Below, piece after piece: positions 10,726 to 23,288 of a DNA stretch of 64,000 bases. Position numbers and translations under genes: made by a program. Numbering within the stretch: the stretch's first letter is position 1; every line of letters starts with the position of its first letter. The stretch lies in the NCBI GenBank assembly GCA_020536535.1, contig JAHLWZ010000714.1, positions 1 through 64,000 of the forward strand, written 5' to 3'. This DNA is from Pelomyxa schiedti (taxonomy: Eukaryota; Protista; Evosea). The notes beneath the pieces were generated by a model. It worked only from the letters and a program-made list of their open reading frames with translations. It was not told where the DNA came from and ran no database searches.

Positions 10726-10980
10726 GGGTTGATGCTGCAAGTGCAGCACCTCGGGATTCCCACTCAGCCCCGTTTTCCTGTGACCGCCCTCAGCGCCCGC
10801 TTTTGAATGTTCCGTTTCCGGCCTCTTCCGATGCGCAGCGTCATTACACGAACCACGGTGCTAAGGCTGCCCCTGGCAACGTTGTTCACTGAAGGCTTCC
10901 TAGGGCGCGGCTGTAAACGCAGCAAATCCCTCAATGCCACCTCCACATCACCAACCCGAAGAAACACCAGCCAAACGCCC
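10726..10980 (-). ncRNA. Signal recognition particle RNA (7SL-like), ~255 nt
   Basis: Minus strand has the helix-8-like GAAGAGGCCG-GAAA-CGGAACAUUC-AAAA (10828-10801). Long rod pairings GGGUUGGUG/CAUCAACCC, GUGGCAUU/GGUGCUGC, GGGAUUU/GAAUCCC, CCUUCAGUG/CGCUGAGGG and CGCU/AGCG. Ends in a U-run. Confidence 0.8.
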
Positions 10981-11051
10981 GAGATTAAAGCAAAAAAAAA
11001 TCCGCTGCAGTACTTATGGGAAGCGGGTTTTTTTGAATGAGTTGCCGGCTT

Positions 11052-11600
11052 TTGTTGTTTGTTGTTGGAAGGGGAGCTTCGTTGTTGAGCTTGCTTTTGG
11101 TTACTCTTTATGGTGGTGCTCTTGTTGTTGGTTGAACTGAGAACTCACTCGAATCTGCAGTAAGAGAGATATCAGGAACGAATAATAGAGTAGGATCCAA
11201 TCCAAGAAGAAATCTCTTAAACTATCTGTAAATAAAAGTCAAAACCTAGGAGGATCAAGTAATGTAAATAAATACCTGTGTGTACTGCGCTGCTGGCTGC
11301 CATTGAATTCTCCAGGATCCCCCCAGAATGCGTGATTGGGAAAACGGAATTGAAGGAGAAAGAGTGATTTTGTGGATTGTGATGTTGTGGCTGTTGGGCA
11401 GTTACCCCGCGGCATCAGCCTGTTGCATTTGGTTGTGCGTGAGTGAGATAGTGTGGACTGTTGGGCAGTTACCCCGCGGCATCAGCCCACACTTGGTGTG
11501 CCATGTTGTTGTTTGTTGTTGGAAGGGGAGCTTCGTTGTTGAGCTTGCTTTTGGTTACTCTTTATGGTGGTGCTCTTGTTGTTGGTTGAACTGAGAACTC
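11052..11600. repeat. Two identical 95-bp direct repeats (11052-11146, 11506-11600) with an internal ~30-bp repeat pair
   Basis: TTGTTGTTTGTTGTTGGAAGGGGAGCTTC...GTTGAACTGAGAACTC twice (offset 454). CTGTTGGGCAGTTACCCCGCGGCATCAGCC at ~11391 and ~11458. Confidence 0.9.
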
Positions 11601-11987
11601 GTTGGCATTTCTTCTTTGGTTGCCTGCAGCAGTGACTGAATGTCTCTGTGGCCTCCCCACTAACCTCTCAGTCAATAGATACTCATTGTCTCACCCATAG
11701 ACTAGACATACAACCTCAGTGCCCACGTAGACGTTTGTTGTTGACACTGTTGCTTTTCCCTTGTCCGCACCACTGTAGGTTTTATCTTTTCTTTTTTTTT
11801 TTTGGCTCTAGGGCGCCTTTAATTTTTTTTTGTGGGATTTCCCCAGAGCGCGAAATTTTTGGAAAAAAAAAGTGGCCAGGTTGTCTGTCTGAGAAAGGGT
11901 ATTTCTTCACCGGAAGTGCTGGGTTTTTTTTGTGGGGCTGGTATGACACGGGCGAACTATTGGAAATTGGGATTGTGTTTTATGCTT

Positions 11988-13524
11988 TTACTCTATTCCA
12001 TCACAGCGGAATGTGGGGGTTTCGTGTTTGGCAACCCCGATTCCTCTTAACTGTTCCAATGCAAATGCCAGAGTCTCAATCATGTAGTGGATTTTATAGG
12101 GGTCTCTTAGCCAGGTCAGTTGGTGTAGAGCAACTTCATTGACTCCGGTTGGGAGAACATGGGATTTCCACATTTTGGTTGTTGCCGAGCCCCAAGGGTG
12201 ATATGCTGAGTCCCGGTCAGTTACTTCCATGACCTCACATCCAAATAAGAGGGAGGTGTAATGAGTAATGTTGACTAGTGCATTCCTGAACTCAGTGTTG
12301 CCAAGGAATTCAAGGCATTTTGGCTTATCACTTGCTGTGACCCAGAGAGGCTTATCAAATGCGGGATCCTCTACTTTAATTTTCTGTTGGAAATATAAGG
12401 ACTTTACTTTTCAACACTTTCAAAAGAATACCTTTCGAGCAGAGAAAAGCCCTGAGAATACATGAGTGGATTCTTCTATGTGACATTGGAAAGGGGATGC
12501 CACAACAAATGGAGCACGGACTCTGGTCACAGGGTACCACTTCGGGCCTTTATATATGGCATAACTATCCAGAGTAATGGTTCCTAATTGAGATGAGGAT
12601 GGAAATTAGTACATGCATTTGTTACCAAGTTCACCAGCATCGAAGTACACTGGCTTGGGGTTGATGAATATCACACCACTCATCTGTCCAATGAATGTTC
12701 TCAATTTGCCCATAACTTGAAGGGGTTGAGTGGAATCTTGTAGTAAGTTGAGATGATACCATCTTCGTTGAGTGGGACAATTACTGTCGAACGCGGTGGG
12801 GTAATAGGGATAATCTCTTCTGGTTTGTCCGGCATCACTGCAGGCATTCAGTTCGTAAGGGAACAATAGGGGTAAAAAGGAACCTTGTCCAGGTTCCGCG
12901 GAAGCCACTTGTGCTGCAGTAGCTTCTGCCGGTTCAGAGTGAGTGGGATTGTCGGTGGAAGACCATGTTATCTTCTTCCTTGCTGGGGCTTCAGAGGTTG
13001 AACTGGTGGTTGTGGACGATGATGTTGCAGTAGTTGCAGTGGTAGCAGAGGCTGTAGGAGGTGCTGCTGCAGATGTCGCAGGTTTTGGCAAGTTGGCAGG
13101 ATTCACATATATTGTTGACACTTGACCAAATATATCAAGATCACTCTTCCCATCAGCATCCTTTGACAACTATCTCACAGTCTAAGTAAGATTGCCAGCT
13201 AGGCCAAGGGGGGGAAAAAAAAATATCACATAATAAAAAAATAATAAAAATAGTTCATACTAAATACTAAAAATAATAAAAACGGAAATAAATGCAACAG
13301 GCACCAACCAACATCCATTCGTCTTCGTCCAACTCGGCCTTGAATTCTATGAAGGGCAAGCCCAGCCTGTCCTCAATGCTCTTTACGTTTACGCGGCCGT
13401 TCAAAGCGGCGACGGTGAATGTCGTACCGCCACACACCACACTCACTTTAGGGATCTTCAAACGTGGTTTTTCTGCTGCCGCTGACGACGAGGGTGCCGC
13501 TGTTGACGACGACGAGTCCTGCAT
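11988..13524 (-). CDS. Hypothetical protein with a C-terminal domain resembling a bacterial uncharacterised (DUF3137-like) family
   Basis: Spliced reading includes TITLDSY..TRVRAPFV..KIKVEDPAFDKPLWVTASDKPKCLEFLGNTEFRNAL..LPTGVNEV..LRDPYKI..ALEQLRGIGVA. The family assignment is from recalled pattern only. Confidence 0.65.
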
Positions 13525-13722
13525 CTCTGCCTTGGTTTTTTTTTTATGATTTTGTTGTTTTGTGTTCGCTTCTTCACTTTTTTTTCTTTTTCAGTTTTGT
13601 CAGGGTTTCTCGCTGTTTCGAGAAGGGAATTGTTGTTTTTGTTGTTTGTTTTTTTTTTCGAACCCGCGATGTTTGTTTAGTGTTGGTGTTTGTACGATGA
13701 GTGGCATTGAACGAGGTGCTAT

Positions 13723-15547
13723 TCAGAAGGAAATGTCTTTGGTGGAATAGCAGTATGTGTAGATAGCAACCATTTCTTCCTTGGAAAGTAATAGGGGATT
13801 GTTGGCTAAAGTTGGTGTTTGTGAGATGGAAATTGGTCATTGCTTGGGAAGGTACCGGGAGAACCACTAGCTATTGCCTGGTCTACCATTAGTGGTATCA
13901 GGTTTTGCCACTTGGATAGGGGTATTCCATATTCCTGGAGCTGCTGTTACCGTTTTATAGATTGAAGTCTGGGACCAACCTGAGGAGACGGTACTCTCAT
14001 TTGCTGGTTTAGGGAACATAAGAAACTAACGAGCATTTGGCCAGCTCTCACATCATCGGTGATGTCTGGTGTTGCGGCTCCACTAAGTCTTGCAGCCTCA
14101 GCGTAGCGTGCAGGGTTACCACTGAGAGACCTTGCAGTGCATATTGGCATTAACATTGCAATTGAGAGGCCGTGAGTGATGTGAAAGTGGGCACCAAGGG
14201 GGCGTGCCATGCCTGCAACAAGTAAGTTCAGAAATTGTGCGGGAAGATGTAATACCGTGTATCAGAGCCACCGAGCTGTTAGAAAACGCTATTCCTCCTT
14301 CAGTAGCACCAAGCATCATTTGTTTTCTAGCTTCTATGTTGGTGGGCTCTCGGAAGGCCCTTATAATCCATTTTGCCGTTCTTGCCATCCCTTGCCGTGC
14401 AAACAAGTCACTATGTGGATTTGCTTTCCGGGAAACGAACGCTTCAAGTGAGTGACAATAACTATCGAGACCTTAATTTTTAAGAACGGTTATCAATCAA
14501 ATAACAGAAAAACCTGTTGTAGCTGTCATGGCTGGAGAAAGAGACACTGTTAAAACAGGGTCGACAATTGCAGCCTGAGGAATGAGCGCGTCACCAGCAA
14601 GTAACATTTTTTCGTCAGTTTGTGTGTCTGTAATGACTGCATATTTTGTAGCCTTAAATGAAAATAAATAAAAGTGAAACTCTTCTTTCGGCGTGGAAGA
14701 GCTTACTTCTGCCCCAGTGCCTGCTGTAGTTGGAATACAAATGACAGGAGCACCGGGGATATTATTCTGATAGGGAACCTTAAAAAGGTCAGATAAACGT
14801 GAATAAGGAAACCCTCAAGTACTTTTAGTGTCGAGATTGGAACATTTGGTGTGTTGCAGTACACAGCAGCCACCTTGGCTGTATCCAGTGAACTGCCACC
14901 CCCAAAGGCGACAAAACATTCACACCCAGAAGCCTTGAATGCCTCTGAGCAAGCCACTATAGACTCTGTTGTTGGATCAGGAACAACTTTATCAAATACA
15001 ACAAAAGGTATCTGTTTAGAAAAATAAATATAAAAAAAAACAAAAAAAACAAAAGAAAGCAAAGTAAATCCCTACTTTTGAAAAATATTCAATTCATAAA
15101 AATAACCAATAAAAAAAATTCGAAAAGTACATTGGCACTATCCAGGATATTCTTCAAGTTCGTGAACAGCTTAGTCTTCACCAAGCCCCCGTCACAAACC
15201 ACGAAAGGCCTCAACGGCCTCGTCATCCCAGTATTCGTCGAATTGGATTCATTTCCACATGCGCGGCCACCCTGTTGCGCCGACGACGCCGTGGTTGTAC
15301 TCGCTGTCGACGAAGCCAACGTATTTGCCACAGACGAGAGGCACGACGGCAGCCTGTGCAACATGCCACACCCGAACATAATCCGACGAATATAGGTGCT
15401 AGTGAATGACATGTCATTAGCAGCAGCACTCGTGGTTGTTGGTGTTGTCGATGGTGACGACGACGCCGGGGTTGCAGTGCAGTGCGCCACGAGGCCTCCT
15501 GTAAGGTGATTGGTCAACATGGACACCCTATTGTGTGCTGTTTGCAT
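13723..15547 (-). CDS. Iron-containing alcohol dehydrogenase with N-terminal PTS2
   Basis: GGGSSLDTAK, IPTTAGTGAE, AIVDPVLT, GLDSYCHSLEA, AFSNSSVALIHGMARPLGAHFHITHG, ASGSPANNP. Confidence 0.92.
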
Positions 15548-15829
15548 CGTTGGCAGTGCCTGTTCTAGGATCAAAAATCCCTTGTTAACAAACCGACGTT
15601 GTCGTTAGGTTGTTGGTTCTTTTTTGTTTTGCTGGAAGGAAATCATTGTGGGTGGCATTTGGGAGGGAGTATCTCATTTGAGGGTGGGAGCTGCTTGGGT
15701 GGCACCTCAGCCTGAGGGGAGAGCAGTTGCCTTTTCAATAGAAAATTAGATTTGGGCCTCAGAGATCTGTTATTGTTGAATTACCCTGTGTTCTCTGAAC
15801 AGAAAGAAAACAACCAACCCGCGACGGCA

Positions 15830-18800
15830 ATGTCGGGAGGAGAGGACACCGTAGAAGCGACAAATGCCGCACCGGCATCTCCGACAAACTCTACTGCAAT
15901 GCCACCTTCTTCTGATGCAACATCTTCCACCACAACGTCGACGTCCACGTGTACTACGTCGGCAAACAACGCCGCGGCACCTCTTTCAACTTCGACTGCT
16001 ACTGCGACCACGACTACTGCTGGCGCTTCTGTGTGGTCAGAACATCCTACGGTACCTTTTTGAAACAAACTGCTTTATTTTCCATCTAAATGTAATCATG
16101 GCACTGATCTGTACAGATCGACGGGAAAACATATTATCATAACAAGATAACCGGCATATCCGTGTGGGAAAAGCCGGATGAACTGAAGATACCTGAAGAG
16201 GTGTTTTCTTTCTTCTAAGTGTAATATCTCTTTGTCACATGCCATTTACCGGGATTTTTCCTGTAAAAATGTAAAGATAGCCCTTGCCGCGTGTGTGTGG
16301 AAGGAATACCCCGCGCCAAATGGTAGGAAATATTATTTCAACAGTGTATCTCAAGAATCAGTCTGGGAGATACCCCCTGAATACAAAGGTACTCATATTC
16401 CTCTTAATTTTTCAATAAAACTCGGGCTAGTTTTGGCGGATAAACTTCAGAAAGCTTTAGAAGCAAAACAAAAAGCACAACAGTATGCAAACTGTTTATG
16501 TAAGTAATATGCTTTTTGTAATCCCTTTGCTTCAGGGCCGCTTCAGAGCAAGTCAAAGTGAAGCTTGTTACAAGTTGTTTTCCCTTTTTAAAAACATAAG
16601 CAACTTACAGGGGATTTCAAAACCCCACAGGCAGCATAAATGTTTATGTTCCTTCTGATTTGAAAAAGCCTGAACAACCTACAGTAGCCTACACAACAAA
16701 AGAAGAGGCCGTGCAGGCTTTTAAGGACCTTCTTGAACACGCTGTAACATTCTCTTCTCTTAGTTCGTAATCTCGCTTTTACTCTTTTTGACCTTCTCTT
16801 CAGCAAGTGGTATCTCTGCCATGGGAGAGTGCAATAAAAATACTTGCAAGAGATGATAGATACGGTGCTATAAAGCCACTGGATGAAAAGAAACAAATAT
16901 TCACGGATTGGGTGGCCCAAAAGAAAAAGCAAGAAAAAGTATCTTAACAACTTTCCTGAAACAATCCTCACTTGGTTCACAGGAAGAAGCACGAAGACAA
17001 AGACAAAAGATAAGAGATGACTTCACCAAGCTTATTGAGGACCAGGTTACAGCAAAAAAAATTGATGCCAAAACCAGTTGGAGGTTTGTTGTACTTTGTG
17101 GAAATAAACCACTCTCTTGGAAGAGTACATGTTTTAACTCCTGCCCAGAACAGTAGTGCCGCTGATCGACAAAGATCCAAGGTTCCGTGCTGTTGAGAGT
17201 GAACACGATAGGCAAGACCTGTGGGAGAGCTTTGTGTATCAGTTACAAAAACGGGAAAAGGTGCCTCCATAATTCTGTCGTCTTGGAATTAAATAAGTAA
17301 AGTATATAGAATGACTCCAGAGGCAGTCATGAATTAATAATATGCTCCAAATTTTAGTCACACAGGGTTTAACTTCATCAATCATTTCCCACCAACTAAC
17401 CATCTTCTAACCTGTTGGCTCTTAAACAAAGGAAGAATTGCGTGCTAAGCGACGCAACGCGCTCCATTTGTTCAAAGAGCGGTTGCAACAGGACAAGAAT
17501 ATCACCACCAAATCACAGTGGCGAAAAGCCAAGGGAGACTATTTGGACTTACCAGAGCTAGAGCATCTTAACAAGGATGATGCAATGGACGCCTTCCAGT
17601 CATTCATACGTGATTTAGAAAGGTGTGTCCTTCGTTCTTGGCGTCACAATTCAGTCTCTTCATCAGAAAAGAGGAGGAAGAAAGAAGACTAAAAAAAGAT
17701 GAAGAAAAACGAGTTGCCCGCCAACACAGAGAATCCTTCAAGGTTTTCCAGACCCTTCTGTAGGCTGGTTAACAAATCATTCAAAGGCCCTTTTGAAAGA
17801 GAAGTGGGAGCAAGGAGTTCTTAATTCCCACTCCAAGTGGAAAGATTTCAAAAAGATCGTGGCAGAAGAGGAGAGGTTTGTGGCAATGAACCAAGTAAAG
17901 CACACGGGGTACTTTATTTCCCAGGCTTATTATCTCTGAGTTTTTCTAAGGTCGACTGCTGAGGAGCTTTTTTTGGATTTCAAAGGTGAAATAGCCGATA
18001 GACTTAATGACGATAAAAACAAAGTTAAGGAAATACTGGAGGTGTGCTTTTCTTTTAGTGGGTATAATTCCGTGACGAACTCTCCAGGAGAAAAAAATTG
18101 TACTTACCAGTAAGACAACGTGGGAAGAATTTGAACCAGTTGTACATCAGAGTGAGAAAGCTCATCTTCTATTTGAACCTCATCTCAAACTTTTGTTCGA
18201 GGAGGCATGTTCCCATGTTTATATTGCCATTTGTTGACTTGATCTTGTAGCTGGTGGAAAAACAACTCTCAAAGGAGCGAAACCTTGAGAGAGAAAGAAA
18301 AAAAGCAGCTAAACATTTCCTTTCTCTTCTTTCTAAGAAGAGAAAGTACATTACTCCAACCACTCCTTGGTCTGAGGCTTCTGTGAAGCTATCTCCGCAT
18401 ACAGCATACAAAGCAATCTCAGAAAACGAGAGAGTATTGTTGTACAATCAGTTTCTTGAATCTATACAAGAGCCTACCACAGAGTCAACTAGCGCAACAA
18501 CGACTGCATCCACCGCATCCTCTACTCCGGCTGTGACAAATCCTACGACTGAGCCGTCACCGAAAATCGATGAGGATAAGTTGTACATCTTTTTCCTGCG
18601 CAAGTAGGTTTTTCTTATCATTTTTCCAGGGTTGAACGCAAACGGGCACACGACAATGAAGTCCTGGACGATCCCTCGATAAAGTACTTCAACAACTTTT
18701 TCTTTTTTTTTCCCCTGACTTGCATCAAGGAAACGACCTCGTCAAGATGCCTCCTCTTCCACCGAAGTTGCATCACGTGATACAACTGTCATGGTATAGC

Positions 18801-18987
18801 CTTGATGCTCGTTCTACTAACACTTAACGTACTAGGGAGAACCTCAAAAAGTTGTTGATACACAAACCCAAAAACAAGGTAACTCACACAGTTCGGTTTT
18901 TTTTATTAACCACACCCCACAGACCCAATTCCTTCTACCACACCAACTCCAGCAGCACCAGAACAAGCCCATACCACCTCCTCGTGA
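15830..18987 (+). CDS. PRP40: Pre-mRNA processing factor 40 (2 WW + FF repeats)
   Basis: [26 protein letters not shown] and WKEYPAPNGRKYYFNSVSQESVWEIP, followed by FF repeats (TKEEAVQAFKDLL, DPRFRAV, ITTKSQWRK). The 3' end is approximate. Confidence 0.9.
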
Positions 18988-20100
18988 TGGCAGAATTCTT
19001 GTCCTTTGTTTTGTTTTTTTGCATGTTGTTCAATTTTTCCACAAGGGAATCCTTTGGATTATTGGCTCTTATTTTTCTTTTTCTGTGGGTGGATGGAGAT
19101 GTCCCCTGTTATTTCATTCTATTTTTCAACTACAAACAGACTGTCCACACAGGATGTCCCAGCAACAACCAAGCAACACGCTCCAAGCCTACACCCACCC
19201 TGTCTCCGCCTCCATTTGCCTTTTTGGCATCATCTTGGTGGTAGTTTATGGCGTTTCAGGAGCCGAACCCACTGAGTGAACTTGTATGCCATGCACCCAC
19301 TCCCACTGCTGAGACTCCAAATGCGCCTGCCCTTGCTCCAAAAATGCTCCCACACTTGCACCAACTTTTTTTTTAAATAATAATATTTATCTTTTTTTTT
19401 TTTTTGACAAGCCAAGCCAAAATTTTCGTTTTCGGAATTTTTTGAAAGCGCAAACAAGTGATGACCCCATGGAGGTAGTGCACAACGGAGAATACAAATT
19501 CAGTTCCCCACTGATGGTGCAGAGGGGTTGTTCCATCTGCGATTGTGTGAAACAGAGACGTGAAAGAAAATCTAGAAGTGCGCAAGTGGATTGTGAAGAA
19601 GACCTTGGTACCGTCCAATTTTGCTGGCTCTCAACTCCTTTGAGCACTCAAGGAGCTTAATGGCAATCTTCTTAATGCTGTTACATAACGTACTCTACTG
19701 CCAGTAAAGCAGGCCTGGTACCGAGGTAAAATTAGCCTTGCCATGTTCCTCTTCAGGAGCATAAGAGCACACCTTTGAAATTTCGGTAAATATTTTAGTA
19801 GTCCACAGCCCTTCCTGGAATTTGTCTGAGTTAGTGACTTAGAAAAAGAAAAAGGACCTGCTGGCTGAGTATGCTGTGAAGAACTCTTGACCACATTTAC
19901 GGTGAGGAGGGTGAACCAGGTTTTTCAAGGAGGGAAAAACAACCTTGTTAAAACATCTGTTACCAAGTCCTCACTCCCGAGTGAGGGAAAGAAACCTCGC
20001 TGCCCGAAAATTTTCCCCATAGTGGGGAAAAAATGGGTATTTTATCTTTTGAGGTTTATTTCCACAACTTTGTGGTACATATTTACAACGAGGAAGTAAA

Positions 20101-23069
20101 CTATGTGGCATGACCTTGGTCGTCACTCAGCTGTCCAGTATCAAAGCTAACATTGCTAATGCTAGCACTCCCACTGCCGCTTCTGCTTCTGCTTTTGCTT
20201 TTACTTTTACTTTTACTTCTGCTTCCACTTCCACTTCCACTTCCACTTCCACTCTTACTTCCACTCCCACTCCCACTCCTGCTTCTGCTTCCACTGCCAC
20301 TTCCACTCCTACTCCTACTTCGGCTTCGGCTTACAGTAACACTTCCACTTGGCTTGGGGCTTGGTGTTTGAGGTGTGGTAGCATTTACTGGGGTTGCACT
20401 GCTACCTGATATGCTTATTGACATACTTCCTGTTTGAAGGCTGCCGCCCGTGCCTGTGCCTGTTCCGGTTCCACCGGTTTGTGATGAAGTTATTGCAGTA
20501 CCATCGTTCCTGCATCCTGCATCAGTTCCAACAGGTGGCATTTGATTTGCACATTCTGGAGCTGCGGATTGGCAAGGGTGGTCGGTGGGGTTGCCGTTTT
20601 TAGCTGTGTTTTCTTCTGGTGAGGTTTTACTGGCTGTTTTTCTACTCCCACTTGCACTCCCACTTACACTCCCACTCCGGCTCTTGCTCTTGCTTTCACT
20701 CCCACTGTGGGAATTGTTGCTAGATTTGCCTGCCTTGCTGCTTCTATCACTCCTTGGTGCGGGTTCCGTTGCGTTGCTTTTAGGAGCATGTCCACTGCCA
20801 CTACTTTTGGGTGTATGTGTACTTTTACTGCTCTTAGGTGTATGCTCGCTTCTATTGCTGTTGGGTGTGTGCTCACTTCTATTGCTCTTTGGTGTGTGCT
20901 CTCCACTAGTGGCGCCACTTGCGGGTTCGGCAGAGTTTTCGAATTCCTCTTGGTTATCATTACCTAGAACTTCCACAAGGAGTCTCTCAGTCCGCGGTGA
21001 GAGTGGGGGGGTGTCAACCAATATCCTAAATTTGTAAGGCTTGGAGTTTGTAGGATTTTAGAGAATGCTCACGGGACATCAGCACGGTATTCGTAGGAAT
21101 CTGGAAGATTGGCTACCCCTGATGGTACCCATTTCTTTGGTATTTTACTCTTTGCCTCGATAATCCTCATTCTTCAACGTATTTCAGTTTAAAGTGATGA
21201 TAAAATTTACATACCGATCTTCATTCTTTGCTCTGCGAATTGTTGTGAGATTAGTATCTACCCGAAAGTGATTTGAACGTCGAGGAGGAGGGACTTTTGC
21301 GTCAGCAGGGGCGGCAGGAGGGTCCGGTTTTTTCGGGGGTGCCTTGAATTTCACAAATGATGTTGTAGGTACCCAGGGGCGCTTTTTATCCCTCTTAGGA
21401 ATACCGTCATGAGTCCTTTGGGTTCAGTAAAACACACAAAAACTGAGAAAAAGAAGTTGCAAGGACCAAACCTGGTGGCTTCCATTTCTTGCAGACGGAC
21501 AGTCTGACTTTTGGTACTTCTGGTGCAGGCTTGTGGCTGTGTGCGGGGGTGTTCCAACGCATCAAGGAATGATTGGTGCTTTTTAGTGTAAACTTTCATT
21601 TGTTCCTTGGATGTAACTAAACGTTCTTTTGCTCGACCCTCAGCAAGTTTTTGTGCCTGGAAGTTTTGTCAACACACTAACAATATCATTTCCCGGGAAA
21701 GCCTTTTCATCTATTTTTTCGTTCCAGACTTGCTTTCTCAGGAATTTCGTAGGTGCCCAGTAGTACTTGAGAGATTCTTTCTTTGCTGCCTCTGCCTCAG
21801 CTTTCCTTCGAGAATAAGGCTATTTCTATGGAAATGCAAATTACTGTTTTGCAACATCTGCCTTTTTCGAGAGAGAAAGCTTGGTTTCCCGGGCCAACTT
21901 CTCAGGCTTGAGGAGTAAGGTTAGAGTGATCTAGAGAAAAAAAGAAGGCTCACATCAACTTTTCCAACAATCTTTTTTGGTGGTGGTACTTCCTCCTTTG
22001 GTTCCACTTTTGGTTCCTCCTTTGGCTTTGGCTTACCTGGCGTAGCTCCTCTCCGGGAAGGTAAAGGTGTGCGCTTGACTGGAGTAGAATTTTTCTTTGC
22101 TGATGCACTTGCTGTGGTACGGAATGCGACTGAAGGGGCATGATCCGTTCTCAAGGGCGAAGGAGTGCTATTCCTTGGTGTGTTTGTAGCAGAAGAAGAG
22201 TTTCCAGACTTTGTTACCCCCGAAGCAGAAGGAGTCCCTGGTCTGCTCCCACTCCCACTCCCATTCTCGTTCTCGTCTCCATTTCCACTCTCACTGCCTT
22301 CCTCGGCAGATTTGCCCTCCTCGTGGCTCCCACTCACCGAGCTCGGAGCAGACTTCTTCCCAAGTTGTTTTGCAGACCCCACGTCCTTTGCAGAGGCGGC
22401 AGACGCAGCAGATTTCCCACTTTGGCTTTGTGGTCTCCCCCCAGTTGCGCTGCTGCCTCCCCTCGCGCTCCCGCTCCCGCTCCCTCCTCCCCCTCCTCCT
22501 CCTCCTGCGCTTTTCTGCTTTGCAGCCGCGGGGTCGCCGCCCCCAGCCGCGCTCCTGCCGCTGCTGCTGCCCCCGCCGCCTCCCCTGCTCGCGGTCCTGC
22601 TGCTCCGGCTGCTGCCGCTCCCGCTGCCGCCGTTGGCACCGCTTGTGGTGGTAGCGGCACTCGCAGTAGTTGTAGTCGTAGTAGTAGCAGCAACAGCAGC
22701 TGTTGTAGTTGGTGCAGAGGGCGGTGCCGCCGCTGCGGCGGCGCCGTTGTCGACTTGCGGGGTTGCGGACGTGGCCGCCCTTTTGCCCTCGCTGCCGCTG
22801 CGGCTTCCGCTGCCGCTTCGGCTGTGACTGCGGCTCCGGCTCCGACTGCGGCTGGCGCTTGATCGCCCCGAGCCGCTGCCGCTGCCGCTCTTGCTACCTT
22901 TGGCGCTCCCGCTGCGCGTGCCCGAGGAGCTCCCGCTGCCGGAGCCGCGGCGCCCCGGAGAGGACGGGGCGTATCCGCTGCCCATCGCCGCGTTTGTCGC
23001 CGTTACGGAGGACATTGTGCTGCTTCCCAATATTATAGGCACCTCTGGGGCGCACTCACCGCTAGACAT
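20101..23069 (-). CDS. Ser/Gly/Arg-rich low-complexity protein of unknown function
   Basis: Long first (382 codons) and last (306 codons) ORFs with SR/SG dipeptide runs and 9-aa EHTPKSNRS-type repeats, joined by small Lys-rich exons. Confidence 0.7.
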
Positions 23070-23288
23070 TAAATTCGATTTGGTTTTTTTTTTTTTGTCT
23101 TTCTCTGATTTGGTCCAAACGCAGAGCCCGAGTGTTTAGCAGAAATATTATTGTGCCTCCGTGAAGCTTTGTGAGAAGGTGCTGTGAACAACAGGTAAGG
23201 GTGGTGGCCAGAGTCCATTTTGTGTTGTGGGAAACTTTTCTTTTCTCAAAGAGAAAGTATTGTATACATTAACTGCGAGTAAAGGAAA

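Noticed and set aside
10764-11040. Short ORFs, or RNase MRP/P RNA, at this locus
   Set aside because: No proper GAAAGUCCCC P4 partner for the GGGGCU; SRP topology explains the pairings far better; the ORFs have no features
19154-19279. Small TM peptide MSQQQPSN...ICLFGIILVVVYGVSGAEPTE
   Set aside because: About 41 codons, no homology recognised; cannot be supported without expression data
20011-20031. Hairpin TTTTCCCCA-TAG-TGGGGAAAA as a Helitron end
   Set aside because: No CTRR terminus at the expected distance and the arms are low complexity
22140-23139. Long antisense and alternate-frame ORFs (also 7579-8016, 42798-43811, 49209-49966, 52166-53373)
   Set aside because: Shadow ORFs of GC-rich or repetitive real exons
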